A stretch of DNA of 64,000 nucleotides. Origin: Candidatus Heimdallarchaeota archaeon (GTDB lineage Archaea; Asgardarchaeota; Heimdallarchaeia; JABLTI01). A program made the position numbers and the translations under genes. Positions 50,023 through 60,715 of this stretch are shown piece by piece; the stretch's first letter is position 1, and each line of letters opens with the position of its first letter. Location of the stretch: contig JABCTZ010000012.1 in assembly GCA_018238155.1 (NCBI GenBank), positions 1 through 64,000 of the forward strand. The letters run 5' to 3'. Under the pieces are notes generated by a model. That model was not told the DNA's origin. It saw only the letters and a program-made list of their open reading frames with translations, and searched no databases.

Positions 50023-51507
50023 TTAATCTCCGTCACCATATTTTATGTCTGCTGATTTCGTTCCATCAAAAACTTGTTGCATGCTATCTAATTCATCAAA
50101 CTTTTCGCTATTGCTTTCTATTGTTTCTTCTAATTGATAATCGGAAGACATCAAATTTCTTTTGTTAGAATAAATCAGTCCAATAATAATTACTATTGTG
50201 CATATTCCTGAAGCTCCTAGAAGGACATACATTGGGAGAACATAATTAGCGATTATTGCTACAATTCCCATTCCTACTAATTGAGCAATACCTTGAACGA
50301 GTTGTTGTGTGCCAAAAACTCTGCCTTGTTTTTCATATGGAATAGTTTCTTGTATAAGTGTGGAAGATGGAATATTGATTAAAACGATTATTATACCAAA
50401 ACTGAACATAATGCCCATCATTGCCCACTTATTTCTTACTGTTGCAAAGAGGTACATTGCCACTGTAGCTAATAAAAAGGCTACATTGAGTAGTAATATT
50501 TTTCGTTTAATTTTCCCAAAACTCATTAGAATGATTGCTGTAATTATTCCTGAAGCACCCATTAAAGCTTGCATAACACCATACATTGTTTGATCTAATC
50601 TCATTTCACCTTGTAGAATGACTATGAATAGAACGTTTATTGCTCCAAAGGTAAAAGTTATCATCGAAAAAATCAAGAGCATGTAGGTTATCTTTGGATG
50701 CTCTCGTATAGTCCGATAACCAACAACAATATCCTTTGTGATGCTTTTCATTTCTTGTCTTATGTTTTGACTTCTTTCTCTATGAACTTTTGGCGGTTTC
50801 TTACCTATGAAGAAAATACCTCCAATCAACAATCCCGAAATAAGAAAAGTACTTGCATTAAAACTGAAGCTTAACAAATAGCTTTTAGCTGCAAGAAATC
50901 CTGCTAAAAGGTACCCAACAATAGTTGCAATTTGGAATACAGTTGATCCAATAGAGTTAGCTACTAAGAGATTTTTCTTTTTAACAATTAATCGTGTATA
51001 AGCGTTTCTCGCAGGAAAGAAGAATGCCGCAGAAGAGGAATTTATGAAACAAAGAATGAACAATGGAACTAATAACCATGTATAATTTATTGTTGTAACT
51101 AATATAGTAATGCCATATGATGCTTGTTGCGTTATTGTTATTACTGTTAAAATATCCTTCAAAACATAGACAACCACAAAACCGATAGCTGCAATGCAGC
51201 TAATGATATTTGAATAAAGCATTATTTTTCTCTGATCAAATCTATCCGTATATACTCCTGCAAATGGTGCAATAATAACGTAAGGTAATAACCAAATAAT
51301 TGCTAGCATACCCATTAGTAATGGACTACCTGTCAATTCAAAGATAAGAAATTCAATAGCTAACCCTGAAACTGCTCTACCAATATTTTCTGCAAATTGT
51401 GCTGCAAAGAGAACCATAAATGGCTTGTTTGTTAAAACTTCTTTGATAGATGGTTTATCTGATATAGCTGTTGTCTCATTAATTGTGTTCGTTTCCAAGG
51501 TAATCAC
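50023..51507 (-). CDS. MFS transporter (DHA3/MefA-like)
   Basis: AGVYTDRFDQRK, FFPARNA, QETIP...QGRVFG. Confidence 0.9.
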   Translation of the reverse strand: MITLETNTINETTAISDKPSIKEVLTNKPFMVLFAAQFAENIGRAVSGLAIEFLIFELTGSPLLMGMLAIIWLLPYVIIAPFAGVYTDRFDQRKIMLYSNIISCIAAIGFVVVYVLKDILTVITITQQASYGITILVTTINYTWLLVPLFILCFINSSSAAFFFPARNAYTRLIVKKKNLLVANSIGSTVFQIATIVGYLLAGFLAAKSYLLSFSFNASTFLISGLLIGGIFFIGKKPPKVHRERSQNIRQEMKSITKDIVVGYRTIREHPKITYMLLIFSMITFTFGAINVLFIVILQGEMRLDQTMYGVMQALMGASGIITAIILMSFGKIKRKILLLNVAFLLATVAMYLFATVRNKWAMMGIMFSFGIIIVLINIPSSTLIQETIPYEKQGRVFGTQQLVQGIAQLVGMGIVAIIANYVLPMYVLLGASGICTIVIIIGLIYSNKRNLMSSDYQLEETIESNSEKFDELDSMQQVFDGTKSADIKYGDGD

Positions 51508-51703
51508 ATCATACCATTCAATTTTTTTTGAATATTTAATTTCTTATTAACATTTTGTTATATCCTATTTCTAACAAAAATTTGCATGAATGAAGCGATA
51601 AGACTGAGCAAATCAAAACTCGAATGCTTACAAAAGATTTTAAAATATTGATTTAACTTTAGAATCAGAACTTAATAAAAAATAGTAATACGGAGTTATC
51701 CCG

Positions 51704-51880
51704 ATGAACATTGGAGAATTCTTCACAAGAAGTAGACGATTATTAGTTCACAGCAAACGACCTGACCGTAAAGAAATTTGGTTAACAGTTAGAATTACTG
51801 CTATTGGTATCTTAATTATTGGTACAGTTGGATTTCTAATACACATCCTCTTCACAGTAATTATCCCTAAACCAGCGTAA
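51704..51880 (+). CDS. secE: Protein translocase subunit SecE/Sec61-gamma (not in the ORF track)
   Basis: Hand translation MNIGEFFTRSRRLLVHSKRPDRKEIWLTVRITAIGILIIGTVGFLIHILFTVIIPKPA; GGAG upstream; located before spt5. Confidence 0.92.
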   Translation: MNIGEFFTRSRRLLVHSKRPDRKEIWLTVRITAIGILIIGTVGFLIHILFTVIIPKPA

Positions 51881-52079
51881 GTTTACTACTAGCTATCTTA
51901 ATTTGTAGCTACTCTTATATCCTTTTATTTTATGCAAATGGATATAGGAGTCGTAAAATCTTTTTAGTATAAAAAAAATCTTGAATATGTTCCTTAGAAG
52001 GAACAAGTTTTTATGGAGCTTTAAAAGAAGATTAATATACCAAAGAACATCGGTTTGAACCGAATGGGATGGAATACCT

Positions 52080-52643
52080 ATGACTATCTGGACTTTACGT
52101 GCGACCATTGGTCAAGAAAAAGCAATTGCCAAACATATTCACTCTAAAATAGAAAATAATAAAATTGATGTTTGGTCTCTTCTGATACCTGAAGCTTTAA
52201 GAGGTTATATTTTCATTGAATCGGATTCTATTCAAAGCATTGATAGTGCTGTTCAAGGTATCCCTCATGTAAGAAATAAGGTCGTTGGTGAAGTAGAAAT
52301 AATCGAGTTGGAAAGTTTCTTAGTGCCTAAACCAACAATTGAAGGATTACATATTAATGATCTCATTGAGATAATTAGCGGTCCTTTCAAAGGTAGTCGT
52401 GCAAAGATAAACAGAATAGATGTAGGGCGAGAAGAAGTTACTGTAGAATTATTAGATTCACAAATACCAATTCCTATTAAATTACACTCTGATTTCTGCA
52501 AAGTAATTGAAAGTGCTGCAGATGAGATTTCTGAAGAGGATCTTGCAAAATTAATTGCTGAAAGCGAAAAAATTACCGGTAAATCTGATGGCAAGAAAGG
52601 TGAAAAAGATGATGATGTTTTCACTGAACTCTTCAAATCTTAG
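52080..52643 (+). CDS. spt5: Transcription elongation factor Spt5/NusG with an acidic tail
   Basis: GQEK, LRGYIFIE, KOW motif EIISGPFKG. Confidence 0.95.
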   Translation: MTIWTLRATIGQEKAIAKHIHSKIENNKIDVWSLLIPEALRGYIFIESDSIQSIDSAVQGIPHVRNKVVGEVEIIELESFLVPKPTIEGLHINDLIEIISGPFKGSRAKINRIDVGREEVTVELLDSQIPIPIKLHSDFCKVIESAADEISEEDLAKLIAESEKITGKSDGKKGEKDDDVFTELFKS

Positions 52644-52848
52644 ATTGTTTTTCATATCTTCTCGAAAAATACTCTAGTTTTCCTCTCTTTTTCATTGTTT
52701 TAATATCATCAAATTGACAAAGCTTTTTTATGTAACCAATATTTGAAAAAGTACTGTTAGAGATATGTTTGGAATGAGAACGAAAGTTCATAACCTCAAA
52801 CTCACTAGCATCTCAAGATAACAGAAGTAAAGAAAGAGGCTAATACTA

Positions 52849-54660
52849 TTGTCAACCAAAAGAGTTGGAAAAATCTTAAAGATTTCTGGACCTGTCATTG
52901 AAGCTGACGGTATGCTCGGTAGTTCTATGTATGAAGTTTGTAAAGTCGGTGAGGAAGGTCTTATTGGTGAAATTATCCGGATTCAAGGCGATATCTGTAC
53001 TATCCAAGTTTATGAAGAAACTGATGGTATTCTACCAAATGAAAAAGTCATTGGTACGGGTGCAGGTTTAAGCGCGGAATTGGCTCCTGGATTGATCGGT
53101 CAAATTTATGATGGTATTCAAAGACCCTTACCGTTAATTCTCGAAAAAACTCAAGATGATTTCATCCGAAGAGGCGTAATTGCCATTCCCTTAGAATATG
53201 ATAAGAAATGGCCTTTTGTTCCAACTCTTGAAAAAGGAGCAAAAGTTACCACAGGTGATATTATCGGTACGGTTCAAGAAGGACCGGTTGTAAATCACAA
53301 AGTTATGATCCCCCCAAAAGTTAGCGGGACAATTACTAGTATTGCCAAAGCAGATGATTATACAGTTATTGACCCAATAGTTACCGTGAAATCCAATGGT
53401 ACTGAACTAGAACTCCCTATGCTTCAAAAATGGCCTGTAAGATTTGGTCGCCCAATCAAGGAGCGATTAGAACCTTCAATTCCTCTTATAACTGGTCAAA
53501 GAATTTTTGATACGTTCTTTCCAATAGCCAAAGGTGGAACCAGTGCAATTCCTGGTGGTTTTGGAACTGGAAAAACAGTTTCACAGCATCAATTGGCCAA
53601 ATGGTCTGATGCAGAAATTGTTGTCTATATTGGTTGTGGTGAACGTGGAAATGAAATGACTAACGTACTTGAAGACTTTCCAGAATTAATCGATCCAAAT
53701 ACTGGCGAACCCTTGATGAATAGAACTATTCTCATAGCCAATACAAGCAATATGCCTGTTGCTGCTCGAGAAGCGAGCGTGTACACTGGCATGACTCTTG
53801 CAGAATACTATCGCGATATGGGTTATAATGTTGCCTTGATGGCTGATAGCACTTCTCGATGGGCAGAAGCAATGAGAGAAATTTCCGGAAGATTAGAAGA
53901 AATGCCTGGTGAAGCAGGTTATCCTGCATATTTAGCAAGCAAAATCGCTCAATTTTATGAGCGTGCAGGTCGTGTAACTACTTTATCAACTGTTGAACGA
54001 CAAGGTTCAATTACAATTACTGGTGCTGTTAGTCCTCCTGGTGGAGATTTTTCCGAACCGGTAACTCAGAACACCTTAAGAATCACAAAGGTCTTTTGGG
54101 CTCTAAGTAAAGATTTAGCCGCACGAAGACACTTTCCCGCAATTGATTACTTGAACTCTTATACTCTGTATGTAAATGAGCTCGCTCCATGGTTTGCAGA
54201 GAACGTTGACTCAAGATTCCAATCTTATCGTTCGGAAGCTATGGCCCTCTTACAAAAAGACAAAGAATTAGAAGATATTGTGCAACTTGTCGGTCCAGAA
54301 GCATTACCCGAATCAGAGAAAATTATTCTGGAATCAGCACGAATGATTAAGGAAGATTTTCTCCAACAAAATGCTTTCAATGAAGTGGATAGTTTCTCTT
54401 CACTTGAAAAACAATGGTTGATGTTGAAAATAATAATTGACTTTTATCATAAAATGAGTGAACTATATACTCTCGGTGTTAAACTTCCTGAAATGATGAA
54501 TTTACCAATCATAGATTTGATCACTCGAATGAAATATATCCCTAATAATATTGCTGGTAAAGAGCTTGGTGCAATTCTTGCAGAAATTGAAACTCTGCAA
54601 GCCGATGCAATCACAAATCGCATTGGTGGCAGAATGAAGACTGATTTAAAAGATAAATAG
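52849..54660 (+). CDS. atpA: A/V-type ATP synthase subunit A
   Basis: [36 protein letters not shown]; no intein. Confidence 0.97.
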   Translation: MSTKRVGKILKISGPVIEADGMLGSSMYEVCKVGEEGLIGEIIRIQGDICTIQVYEETDGILPNEKVIGTGAGLSAELAPGLIGQIYDGIQRPLPLILEKTQDDFIRRGVIAIPLEYDKKWPFVPTLEKGAKVTTGDIIGTVQEGPVVNHKVMIPPKVSGTITSIAKADDYTVIDPIVTVKSNGTELELPMLQKWPVRFGRPIKERLEPSIPLITGQRIFDTFFPIAKGGTSAIPGGFGTGKTVSQHQLAKWSDAEIVVYIGCGERGNEMTNVLEDFPELIDPNTGEPLMNRTILIANTSNMPVAAREASVYTGMTLAEYYRDMGYNVALMADSTSRWAEAMREISGRLEEMPGEAGYPAYLASKIAQFYERAGRVTTLSTVERQGSITITGAVSPPGGDFSEPVTQNTLRITKVFWALSKDLAARRHFPAIDYLNSYTLYVNELAPWFAENVDSRFQSYRSEAMALLQKDKELEDIVQLVGPEALPESEKIILESARMIKEDFLQQNAFNEVDSFSSLEKQWLMLKIIIDFYHKMSELYTLGVKLPEMMNLPIIDLITRMKYIPNNIAGKELGAILAEIETLQADAITNRIGGRMKTDLKDK

Positions 54661-54674
54661 TGGAGCGAACGAAA

Positions 54675-56132
54675 ATGACTGAAACACCAAAAATTAATCC
54701 AGAAGCACTTGCTAAGAGAGTATTTAAAACTGCAACAGAAGTTACTGGTCCCTTGTTATTTGTGGACCTGAAAGGCAAAGCAGGAGTATCCTATGGTGAA
54801 ATCGCTCGAATAAAGCTCCCTAATGGAGAGATACGCTCTGGTCAAATTCTTGAAGTATCACGAGATATTGCTGTTGTGCAACTTTTCGAAGGCACTTCTG
54901 GAATGGATGTCGAAAAAACAACTGTTCAATTTCTTGGAGAAACAATGAAACTCCCTGTATCTAGTGATCTTCTTGGTAGAATTTTCGATGGTAGAGGTGA
55001 ACCTCTTGATAAACAACCACCAATTATTGCTGTAGATGAGTGGCCTATAAATGGCTCCCCAATTAATCCATATGCCAGACAATATCCTCGTGAGTTTATA
55101 CAAACAGGTATTTCATCTATTGATGGTTTGTTTACTCTTATTCGGGGGCAAAAATTACCTATCTTCTCTGCAAGTGGTTTGCCACATAATGAAGTTGCAG
55201 CCCAAATTGCTAGGCAAGCTGCAGTATTAGGTGCTCAAGCTGATTTCGCGGTAGTCTTTGCTGCAATGGGAATCACAGCAGAAGAAGCACAATATTTTAG
55301 AAAAGAATTCGAAAAGAGTGGCGCACTTGATAGAGTAGTCCTTTTCTTGAATTTAGCAGATGATCCCGCTATTGAACGAATTCTTACTCCAAGGTTAGCT
55401 CTCACTGCTGCAGAATATCTTGCTTACGAATGTGATATGCACTTGTTGGTTATTCTTACAGATATGACAAACTATGCAGAAAGTTTGCGCGAAATTGGTG
55501 CAGCAAGAGAGGAAGTCCCAGGTAGACGAGGCTTCCCTGGTTATCTTTATTCTGATTTAGCATCTATCTATGAACGTGCTGGAAGAATTAAAGGACGTAA
55601 AGGATCAATTACCCAGATGCCCATTCTTTCTATGCCAAATGATGACATGACGCACCCAGTACCTGATTTATCTGGATATATTACAGAAGGACAAATTATT
55701 TTGGATCGAGGGTTGCATAGACGAGGTATCTATCCTCCAATAAACGTAGGACCTTCTCTAAGCCGGTTACAAAAAGAAGGTATTGGCAAAGGTTTAACGC
55801 GTAGAGATCATAGAGAATTAGCTGAACAATTATACTATGCGAATGCCCGGGGTAACGATTTACGTAATCTTGTTGCTGTAGTTGGAGAAGAATCTCTTAC
55901 AGAAGAGGATCATCGTTTCTTGAAATTTGCTGATGAATTTGAACAAAAATTCCTAAAACAAGGACGAGATGAAAATAGAAACATCTTTGAATCTCTAGAT
56001 ATTGGTTGGGAATTACTTAAAATCTTCCCAAATCCAAAAAGAGAGTTAAAGCGTATTTCAGAAGAAACAATTGATTTCTTTCATTTGGAAAGACGTGATC
56101 CAAAAACAAATTACGATTCAAGAGAAGTCTAA
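54675..56132 (+). CDS. atpB: A/V-type ATP synthase subunit B
   Basis: [31 protein letters not shown]; ATG at 54675 behind GGAG. Confidence 0.97.
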   Translation: MTETPKINPEALAKRVFKTATEVTGPLLFVDLKGKAGVSYGEIARIKLPNGEIRSGQILEVSRDIAVVQLFEGTSGMDVEKTTVQFLGETMKLPVSSDLLGRIFDGRGEPLDKQPPIIAVDEWPINGSPINPYARQYPREFIQTGISSIDGLFTLIRGQKLPIFSASGLPHNEVAAQIARQAAVLGAQADFAVVFAAMGITAEEAQYFRKEFEKSGALDRVVLFLNLADDPAIERILTPRLALTAAEYLAYECDMHLLVILTDMTNYAESLREIGAAREEVPGRRGFPGYLYSDLASIYERAGRIKGRKGSITQMPILSMPNDDMTHPVPDLSGYITEGQIILDRGLHRRGIYPPINVGPSLSRLQKEGIGKGLTRRDHRELAEQLYYANARGNDLRNLVAVVGEESLTEEDHRFLKFADEFEQKFLKQGRDENRNIFESLDIGWELLKIFPNPKRELKRISEETIDFFHLERRDPKTNYDSREV

Positions 56133-56275
56133 TCTTTTAGTCCTCTCTAACTCTTTCTTTCTTTTTTTAGCTCTTTCTAGAATATTTTTGTCAGTAGTAT
56201 ACTTACAACAAAGACAATTATGAAAATATTCTCTTCTCTAAAAAAAATATCTATATCAGCATTTGAACTGATGTT

Positions 56276-56545
56276 TTGGAGAGCAAAAGATTTGAAATAT
56301 TCACTACCAGAACTTGGTTTGAAACCAGAATGTTACCTGTTATGAGAAAACTTGTTATTCAATATCTTATTGAAAACCTTGAAGAAGCAGGCTTTCGTGA
56401 AATTCTGATAATTACCAGTAAAAACAAACGAACAATCGATGCTCAGTTACAACGAGGTCCTCTATTACTTGAGGATTTAAGACGAAGAAACAAATATCAC
56501 AAAATGAAATTAGATATGATACCGTACATTTCCGTTTTATGCTAA
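56276..56545 (+). pseudogene. Fragment of a GalU-like sugar-phosphate nucleotidyltransferase
   Basis: MLPVMRKLVIQYLIENLEEAGFREILIITSKNKRTI resembles the GalU N-terminal region. The GxGTR motif and the rest of the protein are missing. Confidence 0.6.
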
Positions 56546-56636
56546 AGCGTTAATTGTTATGTTTTTAAGATGAAAAAATCGGTCCTGAAATTAAAGACCA
56601 TATTCTAAAATTAAATTTGAATAAGATTATTCTTTT

Positions 56637-57467
56637 TCACTTTTTTTCCTTAGAATCTGAGAGAATTGCTGTTCTATTTTTTTCTAGTAAATCAAGTGAA
56701 TCATCGACTAAGTAGAAGCTGCCATCAACATTTACAATGTAAACTACTTCGTCCTGTAAGAATTCTTGTTGTTTGTGAACCGATTTCGCAGGAACTTTTT
56801 GAGGTGCAATTTGGTCTGGAATTTCTACTCTTATTAGTCCGCCTTCAGCGTTGACTTTTATTGAGACAAATGCTTCTCGCCCTATGAAATCTTGTTTGGT
56901 AGGTAATCGATAAGTTAGTGTTTGTGAAATCTTCTTCCAAATGACATTAACAATTATTGAGAGGATAATTGGTGAAAGTAAGGTTATGACCAACCTTAGA
57001 TATGAATTCATGTTTGGTTCTTGCCAAAAGAGTAACAATCCTAACCCTCCAAATGAAATTGAGAAAACTGCAAGTGAAAGCATTAATGGGGTTGACCCTC
57101 CTTTTTCAATATGGAATGGACCTACATCATATTCTAATGCATCTAAACTAACATCATAATCTAAATCAATATCTTTGTCGATACTTACATCTTTATCTAC
57201 AGAAAAGTCTTTGTCAATTGTGATATCCTTGTCAACGGTTAGATCTTTATCAAACGAAATGTCATTGTCTACTGAAATATCTGCATCATGGTCGATATCA
57301 TGGCTAAGACTATGGCTTGTACTAATTCCGAAAGTTACCAACACTAGTATAACAACTACTGAACCAAAAATTAGAAATCCTATACAAAATCCTCGAAACC
57401 ATTGTTCCCAAAGTAGCAAATCTGCTGCAAATAATAAATGAAACGTTTGTACAATAAAGTTTAGCAT
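56637..57467 (-). CDS. NfeD-like (YuaF/YqiJ-type) membrane protein
   Basis: TM helix, Asp-rich linker, two TM helices, C-terminal OB-like IGREAFV...G.I.V...VYIV; downstream of flotillin. Probable start MLNF at 57467. Confidence 0.8.
   Translation of the reverse strand: MLNFIVQTFHLLFAADLLLWEQWFRGFCIGFLIFGSVVVILVLVTFGISTSHSLSHDIDHDADISVDNDISFDKDLTVDKDITIDKDFSVDKDVSIDKDIDLDYDVSLDALEYDVGPFHIEKGGSTPLMLSLAVFSISFGGLGLLLFWQEPNMNSYLRLVITLLSPIILSIIVNVIWKKISQTLTYRLPTKQDFIGREAFVSIKVNAEGGLIRVEIPDQIAPQKVPAKSVHKQQEFLQDEVVYIVNVDGSFYLVDDSLDLLEKNRTAILSDSKEKK
57138..57300 (-). repeat. Imperfect 18-nt (hexapeptide D-h-x-h-D-K) coding tandem repeat
   Basis: DISVDN DISFDK DLTVDK DITIDK DFSVDK DVSIDK DIDLDY DVSLDA. 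Confidence 0.8.
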
Positions 57468-57586
57468 TTTTTTATTACCCAACTTGTATTTTTTCCTTTT
57501 TTGGTTTACTTTCCACTTTCTAAAAAAAAGTGTAAGGGAGAACCATTCCCCCACGATTATTAACTAATCAGTTATGGATTACTTCT

Positions 57587-58810
57587 CTATTTAGTAGTGA
57601 CGGTTTTCCTACCTTTTGGTAATGCTTTCTTTTTAGATTTCTTTGGAATTACTTCGACATCCTTAGACATAATTTTAGAAAAGTTAAGACTTTTACCTGT
57701 AATTTCTGGTAACACTGTTAGAAATGGTACAATGGATTCAGCAATACTTGAGAATGCTTGTTGTCCATCACCCATCACAAACATTTTATCGACATTTAGG
57801 TGTGAATAAATCTCTGGGAGCATTTCAACAATTTTTAGTTGGAAGAATTTTGGATCCGCTTGTGCTAATGATTTAACCTGCTCGAGAATACCATCTGCTT
57901 CAGCGATAAGCTTCTCCTTTACAGCTGCAGCTTCACCTTGAGCTTTTGCAATAAGCTGAGCTTTTTCTCCTTCAGCTATCCTGATCATTCTTTCGTATTC
58001 AGCATCAGCTTCAATGGTCACTTTTCTTCTTAAAGTATCCGCTGAAATTTCAGTTCTTTTCAATTCAAGTTTTTGTACTTCAATTTCTCTATTCTTAGAG
58101 ACAGTTTGAATTTCTAATTGAACATTCTGTTCTTGTTTGCCTGTTTTTCGTGAAACTTCAAGGTCTCTTAATTGAGTAACTTCTTCCATTTCTGCTCTTC
58201 GAAGCCGTGCAATTTCTTCTTCAGCTATTTGTTTTGATGCTTCCAAGTTTGTTTTCAGAATTTTGTTTAATACTTCAACATCTCTAATTTCAACTGAAAT
58301 GACTACAATACCCATATCGGCTAATAGGTCATGCAGCTCTTTAGATACTGCTGAAATGATTTCGCCACGCTCTCTGATAATAGCTTCTAAAGGCATGTTC
58401 GCACAAGTGGTACGAATGATGCTTTCTGCAGCATTTTTTATTATTGTCTCTATATAATCTGCATCTCTTTCCTTCCAGGACACAGCAGTAAAAGCTATTT
58501 CTGGTTTCATTACTTTCCAAAAAACGAAAGCATTTACAGAAACATCCTGAAACTCTCTTGAAAGCACTTTTTCTTTTGCTTCTAAAAATGTTTGTTGAGT
58601 AGTAGTAGGTATGACTATAATTTCATCAATTATAGGCATTAGAACACATTTTCCACCTTTTCCAGCAGATTTTACTTTTCCATTTCTGAATCTAATTACA
58701 TATTCATTAGTCTTAAATTTACGATATCTGCTAACGAAGAAAAATACAGCTAATACCCCTAACCCACAAACTCCTGCAACTATAATAGCGATTGTAGTTT
58801 CGATTGCCAT
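57587..58810 (-). CDS. Flotillin-like SPFH domain protein
   Basis: N-terminal TM, SPFH core (AAESIIR, GIVVISVEIRDV), EA-rich coiled coil (AQGEAAA, AEADG). Confidence 0.9.
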   Translation of the reverse strand: MAIETTIAIIVAGVCGLGVLAVFFFVSRYRKFKTNEYVIRFRNGKVKSAGKGGKCVLMPIIDEIIVIPTTTQQTFLEAKEKVLSREFQDVSVNAFVFWKVMKPEIAFTAVSWKERDADYIETIIKNAAESIIRTTCANMPLEAIIRERGEIISAVSKELHDLLADMGIVVISVEIRDVEVLNKILKTNLEASKQIAEEEIARLRRAEMEEVTQLRDLEVSRKTGKQEQNVQLEIQTVSKNREIEVQKLELKRTEISADTLRRKVTIEADAEYERMIRIAEGEKAQLIAKAQGEAAAVKEKLIAEADGILEQVKSLAQADPKFFQLKIVEMLPEIYSHLNVDKMFVMGDGQQAFSSIAESIVPFLTVLPEITGKSLNFSKIMSKDVEVIPKKSKKKALPKGRKTVTTK

Positions 58811-59055
58811 CTTATTTCAATTATTCCTTCAAAATTTGTTTAATATATAATTTATTGGTGTAAAAGATTTTGTTTTTCAAATCTTTTTGCTTAGAAAAGA
58901 CAAATTTTCATCTGAATCTTTTACTTAAGTAAATTATCTAGATACACATATATAAATATTAACAATCCATTCATTAATTTAATGAAACATTTACTAAAAT
59001 AAATAACTTATCAATTAAGAAAGTCCTTTTTCTAAATGATTGAAAAATTCTCAAC

Positions 59056-59097
59056 AAAAAAAAATAAGAAAAAAGTGAGATGAATATTTCTCATCTC
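59056..59097 (-). terminator. Putative terminator of the pilin gene
   Basis: GAGATGA-N7-TCATCTC hairpin followed on the minus strand by long T tracts. Confidence 0.55.
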
Positions 59098-59102
59098 TGC
59101 TC

Positions 59103-59555
59103 TTAAAATGCTGGAGAGGTAATAGTACCATCTGCTGCAGTTAAAGTGATTTCGTAATTTGAAGATGTTGTAAGAGTACCTGACAATTGAATAACGAATT
59201 TTACCGTATTGCCTTGAGCTAACTCATATGGGGTAGTAAAATCAATTTCAGTTGTGCCAACAAAAACATGAATAGCAATATATGTATCAGTTGTATTGGT
59301 AACTGTAAAAGCTTCCAAATTTACAAAGGTTGCGGGTGCACCACCAATATTTTTTATTTCAAAATAAACACGATCGCTTGATCCTGATTGCAATCCATAT
59401 GATAATGGACTAAGCTCTGACTTTTGTGCAAATAGTGGTACAACTACGAAATAAACAATTGCAGCTGCGGTGACTGTTAAAGCAATTAATAGAATTGTTG
59501 CAATAACAGGTGATACTCCTTTCTTTTTCTTTAGAATTATTTTTCCAAGTGACAT
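59103..59555 (-). CDS. Archaeal type IV pilin (class III signal peptide)
   Basis: KKKKG|VSPVIATILLIALTV cleavage motif and hydrophobic helix. Confidence 0.9.
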   Translation of the reverse strand: MSLGKIILKKKKGVSPVIATILLIALTVTAAAIVYFVVVPLFAQKSELSPLSYGLQSGSSDRVYFEIKNIGGAPATFVNLEAFTVTNTTDTYIAIHVFVGTTEIDFTTPYELAQGNTVKFVIQLSGTLTTSSNYEITLTAADGTITSPAF

Positions 59556-59572
59556 TCTTAATCAACCATCCG

Positions 59573-59690
59573 TTTGATTTCAGCTTTATTATAATTTCTT
59601 TTTGTGCAAAAAAGCTGAAATCAAATACTAGATTTCAGTCAGTTACTGCGCACTACTTACTATTTACCTTCCTAATTAAAGGATTTTCGT
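59573..59690 (-). promoter_or_regulatory. Pilin promoter (BRE/TATA) and structured 5' leader
   Basis: Minus strand CGAAAATCCTTTAATTA (about 59689-59673); perfect 15-bp inverted repeat at 59573-59587/59611-59625. Confidence 0.6.
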
Positions 59691-59869
59691 TCTGGCAAGT
59701 CAAAAAAAGGGCTATTTTTTCTATATTGATTTTTTTCAATCAGTAAATAAGAATAATTTCGTTTATGGCGCATTGAAAAGTAATATAAACTATATGTTCG
59801 AATTGTGAGTAGGTAGATTATTACCGCCTTTAAGATTTGTCAAATCTGATTCATTTGGAGTAGAATTTA

Positions 59870-60670
59870 ATGGGTATAAACGATCCTTACTCACCAAAAC
59901 TTGCTGGAATAATTGTTTCGTCTTTTGAAGATAGAGGTCCGGATATCGTTTTTAATAATACTGAATTAGCTGATGATGAAGCTATGGTTTTAGCTATAAA
60001 AGGTATGACAGTTATTGGTATTGATAATCCACTGGATGTTATTGAAGATATAAATGATGAAGAAGAGCGCAGAGCAACTATCCAACAATTTGGTCCATTT
60101 CCAATCAAAAGCCGTGATAATCTAAAAGCATTAGCAATTTCATTTGTTGTGAAGGCTGAAAAATCAGATGATTTAAGAATTATGACCTTTGGTCGTTTTT
60201 GTGTTATATTTTTAATTTATCATCAAGAACATACAAGACTAATGTTAGATTCATATGGTTTAATTGAACCCTATTTTACTATTATAACTCGAGACCTTGT
60301 TTCTGACAAGGATTTAAATCCTACAAATCTTAGCAGTGTTTACCGTAGAATGAATATGCTTTTCCAAGGTGTTTTACCGCGAGTATTTACAGTAACTGAT
60401 AAAGGCGTAATCAAGGAATTAATTGGAAAGGAAATTATGCACAGAGATGTTTTTCTAATTGCTGATAAAAAGAAGAGCTCCCTATATACAATGCTAATTG
60501 ACCCTGAAATGACTGTTTGGAGGAAACGAAAAATCTATCAATCTGCAGCAAAGCTCAATTCTAATCTCTATCGTCAAAAATTAACAATATCTACCGTAAC
60601 AGAACTTGAAGAGATTTCAAATTTACTAAAACGGTACAACCTCTCTGTTGAAGGTATTTCTCTGGGATAA
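59870..60670 (+). CDS. uDENN/longin-like domain with a putative C-terminal gelsolin-like domain
   Basis: IIVSSFEDRGP N-terminus; C-terminal DVFLIAD...LYTML...TVWRKRKIYQSAAKLN. Confidence 0.55.
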   Translation: MGINDPYSPKLAGIIVSSFEDRGPDIVFNNTELADDEAMVLAIKGMTVIGIDNPLDVIEDINDEEERRATIQQFGPFPIKSRDNLKALAISFVVKAEKSDDLRIMTFGRFCVIFLIYHQEHTRLMLDSYGLIEPYFTIITRDLVSDKDLNPTNLSSVYRRMNMLFQGVLPRVFTVTDKGVIKELIGKEIMHRDVFLIADKKKSSLYTMLIDPEMTVWRKRKIYQSAAKLNSNLYRQKLTISTVTELEEISNLLKRYNLSVEGISLG

Positions 60671-60715
60671 TTCATCAAAAATAGCTGATTTAGTTTTAGG
60701 TCTTTTTTCAATCAC

